Origin: Eledone cirrhosa
Taxonomy: Eukaryota
Length of the DNA: 64,000 nt
Reading direction: 5' to 3'
Assembly (NCBI GenBank): GCA_964016885.1
Contig: OZ024749.1
Coordinates: 53,320,001 to 53,384,000, forward strand
Below the pieces are notes generated by a model. It had not been told where the DNA came from, did not search any database, and saw only the letters and a list, made by a program, of their open reading frames with translations. Below are positions 41,243 through 56,123 of this stretch, piece by piece (the first letter of the stretch is position 1; every line of letters begins with the position of its first letter). Made by a program: the position numbers and the translations under genes.

Positions 41243-41530
41243 TGCCTTTTCATCCACCCGTGGTCGATAAAATAAAGTACCAGTAATGCACTGAGGTTGA
41301 TTTAATCGACCCCCCCCCCCAACACATCACCCGGTCCAAAAATTGAACTCACAACCTTTCGATTGCAAGCCCAATGCTCTAACCACTAAGCCATGCGCCT
41401 TGTGCTTATATAAGAAAGCATTATTAGAGTTCAAATCTCGCCGAGGTTAACTTTGCCTTTCATCCTTACGGGGTCAATAAAATAAAGTACCAGTAATGTA
41501 ATGGGTAATTGCTGGCCTTGTGGCAAAAGT
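41243..41530. mobile_element. nested SINE fragments: dominant family interrupted by a minus-strand tRNA head (41331-41400)
   Basis: Minus-strand aggcgcatggcttagtggttagagc..gagttcaa lies between dominant-family pieces. Confidence 0.7.
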
Positions 41531-42370
41531 ACCAAGCAATATCTGGACAATCCAATAACTTTAACTGTACTCGAGGGAATTGTAGTCGTATTTGTTTATA
41601 TCTCTGAGACTTGCACTAGTTGTAGCGATTGTTATATAATATACTATTAAAGTATTATATGTCTTGCAAAAATGCTCTCATCATTGTAAAAACTGTAATT
41701 TAAGATTTCTGCTTTACAGTACCCACCGGTTGTAATGGAAGCTAATTTGGTGAAACAGTTGTTACTACCGGATATGAGATAATAACCTTGTTTCTTATCT
41801 CATTCTTAGTCTCTGTTAGTCTCATTTTAAGTCGTATTTTCTTTTCATATGTCTAAAAAGACAGCAAATTAGCAGAATTAGTTGAGTCAGTAGAGCATCG
41901 GATGAAATGCCTTGTGGTGTTTGTATTGATATTCTGATCTTTCTGGGCTTTCTGGGCTCTCTGCGTTCAAATCCCACCGACATCAACTTTACTTTTTGTA
42001 TATTCGGGATCGACAAGTAAAGTACTACGAACGATTCTTCTCTCTCTTTCTCTCTCTCTTTGTCTCTCGCTCTTTCTCTCTGTCTCTCGCTCTTTCTCTC
42101 TGTCTCTCGCTCTCGCTCTCTCTGTCTCTCGCTCTCTCTGTCTCTCGCTCTCTCCCTCTCTCGTTTTTTCTCTTTGTCTCTCGCTCTCCCTCTCTTGCTC
42201 TCCCTCTCCCTCTCTCGCTCTCTCACTCTTTATCTCCCTCTCGCTCTCTCACTCTTTCTCTCCCTCTCTCGCTCTCTCTCTTGTTCTCGTTCTCTCTCTC
42301 TCGCTCTCCCTCTCTCTCTCGCTCCTGATGATTTCATACGAATAAAACGGTTCTAGTCCTTTAGAAGCCA

Positions 42371-42469
<99 letters not shown>

Positions 42470-42797
42470 GGTATGTTACGCAATCTTCTACGGTTGTTAA
42501 GATAAACTACTCTTCTCTGCCTATAAACTGCTTCAAATATTTAAGTCGGCCATCTTCTCTCTTTTAGTGAATTAATTCACCAGAAATCTTTAACTCTTCA
42601 CTTTCTCTCTTAACACTTGAAAAGAAATGTAGCGAAAATTGAATAGCATGACTAAATTATTGTGTGTGTGTGTATGTGTAATATGCATGTTTCTCTGTGT
42701 GTATGTGTGCGTATGTATGTATAATATATATACATGTTTGTGTGTGCCTGTGTGTTTGATAATGTGTTTGTGTGTGTATATGTGTGTGTCTTTGTGT

Positions 42798-42832
<35 letters not shown>

Positions 42833-42862
42833 CTTACTAAGCATTTAATGAGATACACGTGT

Positions 42863-42904
<42 letters not shown>

Positions 42905-43409
42905 ATGTGCATGTATGTATATGAATCAATACTGGAATATATACACATTATTTCTATTATACACTCTTTCATTAATTCTAAAGTGACATCACGTTTCTGC
43001 CTCAGCACGGAAAAACCTTCAAATAAATTTCTAATTTCCCTAATTACTTCTATACTTTGTGTGTGTGTGTGTGTGTTTGGGAGTATGTGTTTGTGTGGGG
43101 GTTGTGTGTTTGTATCCGTTACTGCTAATTTAAACTGAGCCGAGCCCATCCTTCACAAGGTCTGTACACAGCTGATTTCTTTCGGAGCAGGAGAGAAAGA
43201 GTGAGAGACAAACAGATAGATAGAAAGTTATATAGATAGGTAGATAGATAATGTGAGGGAGAGTGTGTGTGTGTGTGGAAATGAGAAAGAGATATAGAGA
43301 AAGAATATTTTTATCGACCTTAAATGGATCAAAGGCAAAGTTAACCTTGGCGGGATTTGAACTGAGAGAGAGAGAAGAGAGCTGGAACAAATACCGCAAG
43401 GTATTCTAC

Positions 43410-43880
43410 CAAATGGCTACGATATCTGGAACTTTCAAAATCTGTAAAAATATTCTTATGATTCAAAAGATTGGCGATTGCACAGAATTGAGATGAGATT
43501 TGAGCTAAAGATTAAAAAGATATGATTTGAGCTAAAGCTTTAAAAGATATCAGATTTGAGCTAAACATTTAAAAGATATGGAAATGAGAAACAATCATCA
43601 GAGGCTTTAGAATCGTTAGATTCTACCAATTCACCGCCTTACAACTAGGGAATGGTAGCAGGGAACATCAATACTGATGTGAAAGCCTCTGTTGATTGTT
43701 TCTCATTTCCATATCTTTTAAATGTTTAGCTCAAATCTGATATCTTTTAAAGCTTTAGCTCAAATCATATCTTTTTAATCTTTAGCTCAAATCTCATCTC
43801 AATTCTGTGCAATCGCCAATCTTTTGAATCATAAGAATATTTTTACAGATTCTGACAGTTCCAGATATCGTAGCCATTTG
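43410..43880. repeat. 199-bp inverted duplication with a 73-bp spacer; left arm interrupts a SINE
   Basis: 43410-43608 vs 43682-43880, 3 mismatches seen. SINE pieces at about 43305-43409 and 43618-43640. Confidence 0.92.
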
Positions 43881-44029
43881 TAGTTTATGAATTAAAGAGC
43901 AACGTTCTAAGTTCAGTTATACTTTAGGGCAGGCGGGTTGGTAGATAACCTGTTGATCCAATAATTGTTTCTACTTTTGGCCAGCAATTACCTCAGTGCA
44001 TTACTGGTATTTTATTTTAATAATATAAT

Positions 44030-44232
44030 AATAATGATTTCTGATTTAGGTACAAGGCCAATAATTTGGGGGGGGGGTCGATTAAACCGACCCCAGTGCA
44101 TTACTGGCACTATTTTATCGACCCCGTAATGATGAAAGGCAAAGTTAACCTCGGCGTGATTTTGAACTCAGAACGTAAAGGGCCATAACTATGCTGCAAA
44201 GTATGGAGTCTGACGCTCTACCGATTCTGCCG
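44030..44232 (-). mobile_element. dominant SINE (long variant)
   Basis: Family motifs present. Confidence 0.88.
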
Positions 44233-45057
44233 AAGCTGACTGTGTACCTTGGGTACTGGGTCTCTTAACAATGGTTAGTAGATATCTTCCTTCTTTTCTT
44301 TCTTTCTTACTACATTGATATCAAGATGGCCGCTGATGTTGAGAACACAGCATCTGTTTAATTTGTAGTCGCACACAACCACACCAGGTTGATTACTTCT
44401 AACATTAATGCATGTGTATGTATGTATGTATGTATGTATGTATGTATGTATGTATATGTTCGAACGTACGTATATATGTATGTACATACGTACGCATGTA
44501 TATATATACGTACGTATGTTCGCCTAGTAATCAATTTAAATGTATATTGACGCTGAGATTTTGTTCAGTTACAAAATGTTCCGAGGGTGAGGAGGAAATT
44601 CGTGAAAATATTGGACTGCAACACGATAATGGATATCGGCTGTTTTTTTTATGATGAAAGAGAGCAATAACAACGATGTGTTCGAGTATTGTCACGTGAC
44701 TAAACATGTCACTTAAATTCCTGCTTCTGATATCTCTATCGTTGAACGAGAATTCTTTATTGTCAGCGCTATCGACATTAATGTTTGCAATACACAGGCA
44801 AAAGAAACAATAATGAAAACAAAATGGCGCTTAAATAGGTTTAAATGGATGAAGTGCTGTAACTGTGAGACAATGTAGAACGAATGATATTTAAAACTGG
44901 AGCCGGGATCACTATGCAGAAGTGATAGCGGTAACACACACACACACCTATACACACACACACACACACCTATACACGCACACATAAATACGTATGTACG
45001 ATTATACGTATGTATGATTATATATATGCATCTTTATACATCATTATTACTACTACT

Positions 45058-45175
45058 TCTGAGTTCAAATCCCGCCGAGGTTAACTTTGCCTTTCATCCT
45101 TACGGGGTCGATAAAATAAAGTACCAGTAATGCACTGGGTAATTGCTGGCCTTGTGCCAAAAGTAGAAACAATTA
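45058..45175 (+). mobile_element. dominant SINE, short variant, 5'-truncated
   Basis: Near-consensus sequence. Confidence 0.88.
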
Positions 45176-45504
45176 TTTCTACTTCTACAAAGTCCCACTT
45201 GTGACTAATTTCTTATGTTATTTCTCTATAAACTATTGGTGGGCGGTACCTTACCAAAGCCTGCTCGGGTTGACTGGCCTACGTGTATCTACCTATATAA
45301 TCCTACCTCACCTCAATTGTTAGTAAATCTCCATTGTTGCTCTTTTCAAGTTCGACTCCGTGGTCTGTTATTTATAACTTCTTTTTAACTTCTTCTTTAT
45401 AAGTTTCAACTAAGGGGAGATAAGTGTTTGAATAGATTTGAAATAGAAAGTCAATGATATTTATATATCTTCGTTATCAGCTAATAATAGCTGTCTTTCA
45501 GACA

Positions 45505-45800
45505 ATGTCGTCGTTGTTGTCGTCGTCGTTGTCGTCGTTGTTGTCGTCGTTGTTGTTGTTGTCGTTGTTGTCGTTGTTGTTGTCGTTGTTGTTGTTGTCG
45601 TTGTTGTCGTTGTTGTCGTTGTTGTCGTTGTCGTCGTTGTCATTGTTGTCGTTGTCGTTGTTGTTGTTGTCGTCGTCGTTGTCGTTGTTGGTGTCGTTGT
45701 TGTCGTTGTTGTCGTCGTTGTTGTCGTTGGTATTGTTGTTGGTGTTGGTGTTGTTGTCGGTGTTGTTGTCGTCGTTGGTGTTGTTGTTGTTGTCGTTGGT
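45505..45800. repeat. (GTT/GTC)n trinucleotide repeat
   Basis: Direct inspection. Confidence 0.95.
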
Positions 45801-46524
45801 GTTCTCCATCTCTTCATCTTCGTCTCCCCTTCTCTCCTCCTCGTCTGCTTCTCCTCGTCCTCTTCTCCCCTTCTTCTTCTTCTTCTTCTTCCGAAAATAG
45901 TTATCTGTTTAATAAATCAATATTAAAGATCTCCGTCTTATTCCGGTCTGTCTTCCATTACAACAGTCATATATAATTTTGATGTAAATGTAAACACAAA
46001 TGTCTTCAGGGGGCTCAGAACTCGTGAGAACTGGCGCTTAACTTCAGATTGAAGACATGAATCTTCTCTTGGATAGATCGATAGTCTGTCAGGCGTAATA
46101 CCCACTGTATTGCTCGACGGCTTAGTAGACTGTCAAATGACCGAAAGGGAAATGAATTTAAATTCAATATACGAGAGTAGGTAGTTCCAAATATGTTACC
46201 CAGTCTGCCATTTTGTATGTATATATAATCTATGGCCATGTGTAATAACTGGTATAATAGAATCGAGTTTATTTCGAATTGCTATTATCTCGGGCGTTGC
46301 AACCCCTGTTCAAATTAGCAGCTGAAAAAAAAAAAAAAAACCATGACGGAACAACCACACAATTGACCACACTTCATCGCTTGTCGCCTAGGTCAATAAA
46401 AAACCCCGTCCCTCTGAGAGAAAACCAAGTCAGGAGCGTAACATTGGTCTCTAGATCTCTACTGAAATACAAGAAATGTATAAATATAACCCCTTTCAAC
46501 ACAAGGACCCTAAATAACACTCTC

Positions 46525-46643
46525 GGACGATACAAACCTCGAAATATTGGTAGGGAGCAGTTGCCAAGAGCAATGAAAAATCGTAAATTGTGGAGAGATT
46601 TTATCAGGAATATTCGACTGCGGTTGCAATGATGATGATGATC
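46525..46643 (+). mobile_element. RTE LINE extreme 3' end
   Basis: REQLPRAMKNRKLWRDFIRNIRLRLQ followed by a (TGA)n tail. Confidence 0.6.
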
Positions 46644-47274
46644 GTAGTGGGATTCTGAAAGTCTCACAGGATAAAGTGTCTTTTTTCTCATTAAAAAAAG
46701 ATATCTAAATAAACAAAACTACTGGATTATACAATTTAATTTTGTGTTCAGTTACATAACTTTATCATTGCATTCTTTAAAATTTAATCTTTTACGTTTG
46801 AAATATGATTCTTGAAAACGGTTCCCCGTAGAATGATTACTTCTAATGTCTTGCCTTCTGAAACTGGTTTTTATTTTTAATTTTTAATATTTAAATTTCT
46901 ATGAAAGTAAGATATACAAGACGTAATCTGAATCTTCAGCTATGTGATAATGCTATTTAAAAATATCAAATATCTTTAAATAGAACTAGAAACTTTCACC
47001 GTACAGAATTGACTACAGAAAATAGCCTAATATTGGGCATATGAACCCCATAATTGGAAAAAGGGGACATTAGTGTCTAAACGGTCTAACACACTTATTA
47101 CAAAAATAAGAGGTGGGTGTTCGTTTCCCACGCACGTTAATGCTTATTTTTTCCCCGTTAAAACTTCTAATTCTACTTTCAAATTTTTTTAATCGCCACC
47201 ATATCCTAATTTATACATTGCTATCATCTTTATTTATTTGGAATATAAATTACCTTTTATCTTATGTGTATATA

Positions 47275-47322
<48 letters not shown>

Positions 47323-47940
47323 TAACAGATTAGTCTTCGCATTTATTATTATCATTATATATATATATATTTGTGTGTGTATGTATGTATGTATGTATGT
47401 ATATATATATATGTGTGTGTGTGTATGTACACACATACATATATATATATATATATACACACATCTCAACATGAAATAAATGCTATGTAACTATCGTTAG
47501 TTATTCCATGTTAGCAGGATACATTTTTCATGACTTTGTCTACTAGAACTATCTCTAATTGGCTTTGACATTTCTCTTACACTTTAACTAAATACTTTTA
47601 CAAATGACATCAAATGATTCGTGGAGAAAAAGACCTTTTCTTGCCAAATTACATACATTGTTGACATCTCACAAACTTTAATTTTTCACTTTATTTGCAT
47701 CAGTCTCTTTCTTTCTTTTATTCTGCTTTACTTTCCTACGTTTTCGCTTTCTTTTTAACAATCCTTTCTTTCTCATTCTTTTTTCTTTTTCTCTTTCTTT
47801 ATTCTTCTTTTTCTTTGTTTCTTTAATTTTCTTTCTTTTCCGTTATTTCTTTCAGTTTTTGTATCTCTAACCTTCTTTGGCATTCCGTTTTCAATGATTC
47901 AGTATACGTTTTTTTTTACCCTTTTTCTCTTTATATCTCC

Positions 47941-47971
<31 letters not shown>

Positions 47972-48519
47972 CCTCTCTCTGTCTTTCTCTCTCTTTTTCT
48001 CTCTCTATCTCTCTTTCTCTCTCTCTCTCGTCCTTTCTTTTCATAATTTTCATTCAATTGTTTCATTTGCTACACATCATTCCACCTCGTTCCACTCTCC
48101 CCCTCCTCCACCTCCCCCTGTTCCCCCCCTCTTTTCCCCCTCTCCCATGTCTCTTTCCTCCTCTCTCCCTCCCCTCTATTTCCCCTCCTATATTATCATT
48201 ATATTTCCTCTCCACTATTTCTATACCCAGACACTAACACCAGACACTAATAGAATCTATTTCGAGGTTGGGCTTTTTCAAACATATTTATTAAACTTAA
48301 GTTGACTCTCTACAGTAACTACATCTCGAGACAGACGACGTCACGGCAACAATCTTAAGTTTATTAGATCATCCATAATATAAAACTTATTTGTATTAAT
48401 TTCTTCTGTCGGCCTTGTTAGGTCATGAAACCATTGGGTGCAGATGTGTACAAATTATTATGAATGTTTCCTTAATGTGACTTCTGTGTAGCTAATAGAG
48501 AAATTATTATTATTATTAT

Positions 48520-49065
48520 GGTAGGCGGTGAATTGGCAGTATTGGTAGAAAGGTCGGACATGCTTTCCAGCATAGTTACTTCCCTTTACGATCTGAGTTC
48601 AAATCCCGCCGAGGTTAACTTTGCCTTTCATCCTTACGGGGTCGATAAAATAAAGTACCAGTAATACACTGGGTAATTGCTGGCCTTGTGCCAAAGGTAG
48701 AAACAATTATTATTAATATTTTAAGGGTGGTGGATTGGCAGCAATCGGTAGAGCGTCGGACACCATGCTTTGAAGCATAGAGTTACGGCCCTTTACATTC
48801 TGACTTCAAATCCCGCCTAGGTTAGCTTAGCTTTGCCTTTCATCGTTACGGGGTCGATGAAATAGCGTACCAGTCATACACTGGGGTCGATTTAATCGAC
48901 TTTCCACTTTACCTAGATTGCTGGCCTTGTGCCTATAGTAGAAATTATTAAATCCTGCCGAGGTTCACTTTGCCTTTCATCCTTACGGGGTCGATAAAAT
49001 AAAGTACCAGTAATACAGTGATTTAATTGCTGGCCTTGTGCCAAAAGTAGAAACTATTATTATTA
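48520..49065 (+). mobile_element. three tandem dominant SINE copies (short, long, short-truncated)
   Basis: About 48520-48715, 48724-48948 and 48950-49065. Confidence 0.88.
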
Positions 49066-49663
49066 TGTCTTTTATGTCAGGTTTTTATTGGAACTCCTGG
49101 ACTCTTGCATAAGTAGCGGGCTTGCTGCCAGAAACCGACGGTACCCTGCTACTTGTTCTCTGCAACTATCCACTACTTTCCTGATAATTGTGGCCGTTGA
49201 GGCAAACGTTTACAACTGTTAAATGCACACACGACTTACATATGCACACTGCAAGTCAGGATGCACTAATCTAGAAACACTAGAAACCTTAATTGGTCCC
49301 TGTTAGTATTCACCGCCGCCACCGCCGCCTACTACGGCTTTATACACCTGGTCTATATATTGTCCATGTTGTCTCTCCTTCGTATGACTTAACGTGTTCC
49401 ATCTGGTGGAGAAATCGTTTTCATTTCTTGCCTCATTGATTACTTTGGGACTGCCAGAAGTAATTCGATTGGTGTTGCTCTATAGCTTTTGTTGTGGTTC
49501 TAGCAGTTAGGGACCCTGCTTCCACGACCCTCCCCAGGAATATGTGGGAGAAGATGATGATGATGATGATGATAATGTCATCGCCACCGATGAATGCGAG
49601 AAAGTTCTCCAAAAAAGTTAACCAGGAATCTTTAAAAATCTTCCCACCGAAGTTAACAAAGAA

Positions 49664-50175
49664 CTTACTAGATCTACCAACTTACGAGATCTACCAACTT
49701 ACGAGATCTACCAACTTACGAGATCTACCAACTTACTAGATCTACCAACTTACGAGATCTACCAACTTACTAGATCTACCAACTTACGAGATCTACCAAC
49801 TTACGAGATCTACCAACTTACGAGATCTACCAACTTACGAGATCTACCAACTTACGAGATCTACCAACTTACGAGATCTACCAACTTACGAGATCTACCA
49901 ACTTACGAGATCTACCAACTTACGAGATCTACCAACTTACTAGATCTACCAACTTACGAGATCTACCAACTTGCTAGATCTACCAACTTACGAGATCTAC
50001 CAACTTACGAGATCTACCAACTTACTAGATCTACCAACTTACGAGATCTACCAACTTACTAGATCTACCAACTTACTAGATCTACCAACTTACGAGATCT
50101 ACCAACTTACGAGATCTACCAACTTACTAGATCTACCAACTTACGAGATCTACCAACTTACGAGATCTACCAACT
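49664..50175. repeat. 17-bp minisatellite (cttacgagatctaccaa), about 30 copies
   Basis: Near-homogeneous, with a recurring g/t variant at one position. Confidence 0.97.
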
Positions 50176-50309
50176 CATAATCTTATAAAATTATAAGATT
50201 ATAAAATTAAATCAAATTATTTAGAACTACAAGTGAAGTCATTCTTTTCCTTTTTATCAAATATGCCCAACTCTACCAAGGACCTCACATTTGTTTCCTA
50301 TATATATAC

Positions 50310-50358
<49 letters not shown>

Positions 50359-50904
50359 CACACACACATACACCCAGATATATACACACGGCGTGCCACG
50401 GATGTCTTAATCTATCAAATTTCATTCACATGGAATTGATCAACGCTAGGCTATGGGATGAAAAACTTGCTCAAGGAGCATCGTAATGAGATTGAACACG
50501 AAAACACGTTTTGTGAAGCAAACTTTAACCACACCACAATACCTGCATGCTTATATATATATACAGTATATATATATATCTATATACTGTATATATACTG
50601 TATATATATATATATATATATTAGATATACATACATGTACTGTAGAACATGTAACATGATAATAAATAACACTGATATAATGTATTTTACACATATATAT
50701 AATTACGTATGTATATAAATATATATGTATGCATAGGTTCGTGTATGTGTGAATGTGTAAATGTGTGTACGTGACAAGGAGTGAGAGAGTGTGTGTGAGA
50801 GAGAGAGGCAGAGAGAGAAAGAGAGAGAGGCAGATCGCTTTCATTTCCATTTCACTTATAAATGTTCCGTCATTCAGTTTCGACATTTTGCTCGTTTTTG
50901 ACAG

Positions 50905-51785
50905 TCCACCACCACCACCACCACCACTGCCACTACCACTGCCACCACTACCACCACTACGACTGCCACTACTACCACCACCACCACCACTGCCACTACC
51001 ACTGCCACCACTACCACCACTACGACTGCCACTACTACCACCACCACTACCACTGCCACTACCACTACCACCACTACCACCACTACCACTGCCACTACTA
51101 CCACCACCACCACCACTACCACTGCCACTACCACTACCACCACTACCACCACTACCACCACTACCACTGCCACTACTACCACCACCACCACTACCACTAC
51201 TACCACCACTACCACCACCACCACCACTGCCACTACTACCACCACTACCACTACCACCACCACCACTACCACCACTACCACCACCACTACCACTACTACC
51301 ACCACCACCCACACCACCACTACCACCAACACCACCACCACCACCACCACTACCACCACCACCACCACTACTACCACCACCACCACCACTACTACTACCA
51401 CCACCACCACCACCACCAACACCACCACTACCACCACCACTACCACCACCACCACCACCACTACCACCACCACCAACACCACTACCACCACCACCACCAC
51501 CACCACCACCACTACCACTACTACCACCACTACCACCACCACCAACGACACTACCAACACCACCAACACCACCACCACTACCACCACCACCACTACCACC
51601 ACCACCAACACCACTACCACCAACACCACTACCACCACCACCAACACCACCAACACCACCACCACCACTACCACCACCACCACTACCACCACCACCACTA
51701 CCACCACCACCACTACCACCACCACCACCACTACCACCACCACCACCACCAACAACAACAACACCACCAACACCACCACTACCAT
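50905..51785. repeat. (CCA/CTA)n trinucleotide repeat
   Basis: Explains the poly-P, poly-H, poly-V and poly-G ORFs. Confidence 0.95.
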
Positions 51786-51869
51786 CCCCTCTACCCCCCC
51801 CACCGCTCCGCCTCCGTAATACTGTTTATACCACGGCAAGTGTTGGTTACGTTAAGTCGTTATTATTTC

Positions 51870-51915
51870 TGGGCTGGGCGTGCCGCTCTTATTGCCATAG
51901 CAACCCACCTAGTGG
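51870..51915. promoter_or_regulatory. possible cis-regulatory cluster (GC-box-like, RFX X-box-like, CTCF-like)
   Basis: gggcgtg, aTTGCCATAGCAAC (51891-51904) and ccacctagtgg lie within 45 bp. Motif matches only. Confidence 0.25.
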
Positions 51916-52032
51916 AAATCATGACGGCTTCCAGTCTTTTCTTATCGATTTTACCTTAGTATTATTGCTACATATTGAAAATATATCTGTTTTCATTGAT
52001 GCTTCCTTCGACAATGTCGGTACATTTTATAT

Positions 52033-52149
<117 letters not shown>

Positions 52150-52646
52150 TATATATTTATATCTACATTTATATATATATAAATATATATATGTGTATGT
52201 ATGTATGTACATTTATGTATGTGTATGTATGTACGTGCATTTATATATATCTCTATATATATATATATATAGAGATATGTATATATGTATATATGTATGT
52301 ATATATGTATGTATGTACATTTATATATATGTATGTATGTACATTTATATATATGTATATATATGTATGTACATTTATATATATGTATATATATATGTAT
52401 CTATGAACATGTATATATATGTATATATATATATGTATGTATGTACATTTATATATATGTATATATATATATATATATATGTGTACATTTATATATATAT
52501 GAATATATATGTTTATATATATATATGTACATTTATATATGTGTATATATATATATATGTACATTTATATATTTGTATATGTATATATATATATGTACAT
52601 TTATATATTTGTATATATATATAAATATACACACACACACGCACAC

Positions 52647-52692
<46 letters not shown>

Positions 52693-52806
52693 ATATATGT
52701 ATGTATATATACATATATATATTCATTTATTCCTTGGCACGAAAATAGCGGTTACACATACACATATAGCCAAGCGTGTGCGCCCCCCCCCCACACTCAT
52801 ATAAAT

Positions 52807-52891
<85 letters not shown>

Positions 52892-53176
52892 AACTCACTT
52901 ACCTACTTACATGCAAACATACATCCATTTCCGTAGAACAGGCGGCGTGATCACATAAGCTAACAGAACTTGGAGATTGACGTAAACAGGCTCACACACA
53001 CACACACACACTTGCTCACACACACACACACACACACTTGCTCACACACATACACATACTTGCTCACACACATACACACACTTGCTCACGCACACATACA
53101 CACACTTGCTCTCGCACACATACACACACTTGCTCGCACACACACACACTTGCTCACACACACACACACACACTTG

Positions 53177-53214
<38 letters not shown>

Positions 53215-54260
53215 TGCTCACATACATACACACTCACACACTTGCTCGCACACGCACACACACACTTGCTCACATACACACACTCGCATTCACGAGCGCA
53301 CACATACGCACGGACGCCCACATGCACACGGGCCCACATGCACGCACAGACACACGGATGTACTCACGCGCGCACACAGACACAGACGCACACACGAACA
53401 CACATGCACGGTCGCCCGCACGGACACACACACACATACGTCCGTATACATGGACAGACACGCACGCACACACATACACACATGCACAGCACACACGTAT
53501 ACACACACACACTTAAACACACACGTATACACACACACACACAGCACACACACACGTATACGGGCACACACGTACACTTACACATGCAGTACACACTTAC
53601 ACACACACACACACACACACGTATACGGACACACAGCACACACCCACACACAGCACACACATACAGGGAAGCATACTCACCATATATACCCACAACACAC
53701 TAAAACACATTACACCCCCTTTAACATACCTACACAACAATTTCCTTTCCTTTCTCTTTCCTTTCCTTTCTCTTTCCTTTCCTTTCTCACACATTTCCCC
53801 ATTTCCCCCTAATACATCTCTATAAACTATTTATTGATCTCTGCCTGCCGATTCTATCTGTATATATTTTGTATCGGTTACTGGTGTAAAATGGAAGAAT
53901 ATTTCCGATATACCATTGCGGGTACTAGCGAGATCTAACTTATTATAGGTGCTATATTTATAGAGGCGACTACTGGCCTCTAAACATGAACGCATCAAAT
54001 TGAAAATTGAAGAAATATATATATATATATATATATATATCGTATACAGCAGTCCCAATATCTCAGGATATCGGTATGGATATCTCAGGATATCGGTATG
54101 GATATAGAAGGATATCGGTATGGCTAGCTGGGAGATTTCTTATAACGTAACGTCGCTTCATCTAACTTTAATGGAACGTCATACTTTTCTATATTATAAG
54201 AAAAACAAAAACAGTATTAGACAGCGATATAACATTTTATATGTACATACATATACATTC

Positions 54261-54337
<77 letters not shown>

Positions 54338-54494
54338 TAGTACCATAAAACTTGACGAACAAATAAAATATACACATTTACCTCTACATTTTCTCATCTG
54401 TCACACACTCTCTCTATATATATATCTCTCTCTCTCACTCTCTTTATCTCTCTCTCTCTCTTTATCTCTCTCTCTCTCTCTCTCTCTATCTCTA

Positions 54495-54525
<31 letters not shown>

Positions 54526-55213
54526 CTATCTATATATATATATAATGCCCGAGTGAATGGGCCTTCTCTCTATATCAGCCTGTAGGTTGAGGAAAAGGAG
54601 GAGGAGAGGAAGGGAGTACAAACTCTTCGTACTCCTGGAGATGAGGGTTGCACATTTTTTTTCGGGGGTATGTGTTACCCATATAAACTGTCTCCCTCTA
54701 TTGGGGAAAATCGACTAACTTTTTAAATTCCATCTGTGATAACATTTTACACGTTTTTATTGTATGTAAACTTCCCCCTTTGTATTTGTCCCCTTCTTTT
54801 GTGCCCCTGTGGCTAATAAAGAAATATATATATATATATATATAATGTATTAAATAGTAACAATTCCTACTAAATATGAAAGACGTATGGGATCTCGAAG
54901 CAAACCTCCTGGACATTGTCTCACGTATCAAATTACATTAAGTCCTCTAAAACCTTTTTCACCACAAATATCAGATCTGACATTTATAGGCTAAAAACAT
55001 TTCTCGTTTTTTTTTTTTTTATTAAAAAAAACAACTTTTTATTGTGAGACAAAAGAAAAACAAAACGAACCCCTACTAAAAAGACAATTAAGTGTAAATA
55101 CAGCTGTTACAAAACCACTGACTGTAAGAAGACAATCCTCACATTACCAGCTTCAAGATGGCTGATAGGGTAGAAACACTCCCTAAACGTAATACCTTTA
55201 TATATATATATAT

Positions 55214-55329
55214 ATAGGAACGAGTAGGACCCTGGGGTCCTACTCGTTCCTATTACCCACTCTACTACCCTAAGTATTGAGTACTTTGGTGCGTTATGGT
55301 CCACCTGGTTCCTTACCACATTTCCTTCG

Positions 55330-55332
<3 letters not shown>
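55214..55332 (+). mobile_element. family B element, foldback copy inside (TA)n
   Basis: Perfect 19-bp arms at 55214-55232 and 55235-55253. The body is reverse-complementary to 2981-3080. (TA)n on both sides. Confidence 0.72.
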
Positions 55333-55364
<32 letters not shown>

Positions 55365-55533
55365 TTAACACAAATCAATATATTTGATAAACACAAATAT
55401 CCTCATATTTATGTTTGTATTGTAAATGACCAAGTTAGATAGAAATATACTAATAATAATATTACAGTTTGCCTATCATGACTTAAGATAATACATCATA
55501 AATCAACAAAAACAAATTGTATTGGCAATGGCC

Positions 55534-55595
<62 letters not shown>

Positions 55596-55868
55596 AGTTA
55601 GAAACTCAATATATTCTCTTACAATTAAATAGCTCAAGGAAAGAGATTTTTCTGAGCCGTGTAATATAATTGAATATAAAACGGATATAAACACACATAT
55701 AAACATATATGTGTTCAAATCGTAAGGGACCAAGTTCGCTAGGGTGATAAAATACTATTAACAATATGGTTTGCCAGACTCAATTTAAAATAATAAATCA
55801 AGAAACTTGGTCCCTTACAATTTTAACACATGTATGTTTATATCGGTGTTTATCTCTCTTTTATATTC

Positions 55869-55930
<62 letters not shown>

Positions 55931-56078
55931 GTATTTATGGAGTATTTCCTGATTATTTCCTTCGAATGAAACAGTTCTAGTCCTGTAGAAGCCATTTCTA
56001 TGTTAAATTTTTTTTCATATACTCTACTACTGTATTGAGTACTTTACTTACTGTGGTTACTCCCGATTGAACCTGGCA

Positions 56079-56123
<45 letters not shown>

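Noticed and set aside
46015-46239. 74-aa minus-strand ORF as a SOCS-box or ankyrin exon
   Set aside because: No recognisable ankyrin or SOCS-box pattern and no clear splice acceptor.
49664-50175. CRISPR-like or coding repeat (LLDLPTYEIYQLTRSTN)
   Set aside because: Contiguous 17-bp units with no spacers; the unit length is not a multiple of 3 and the T variant creates stops.
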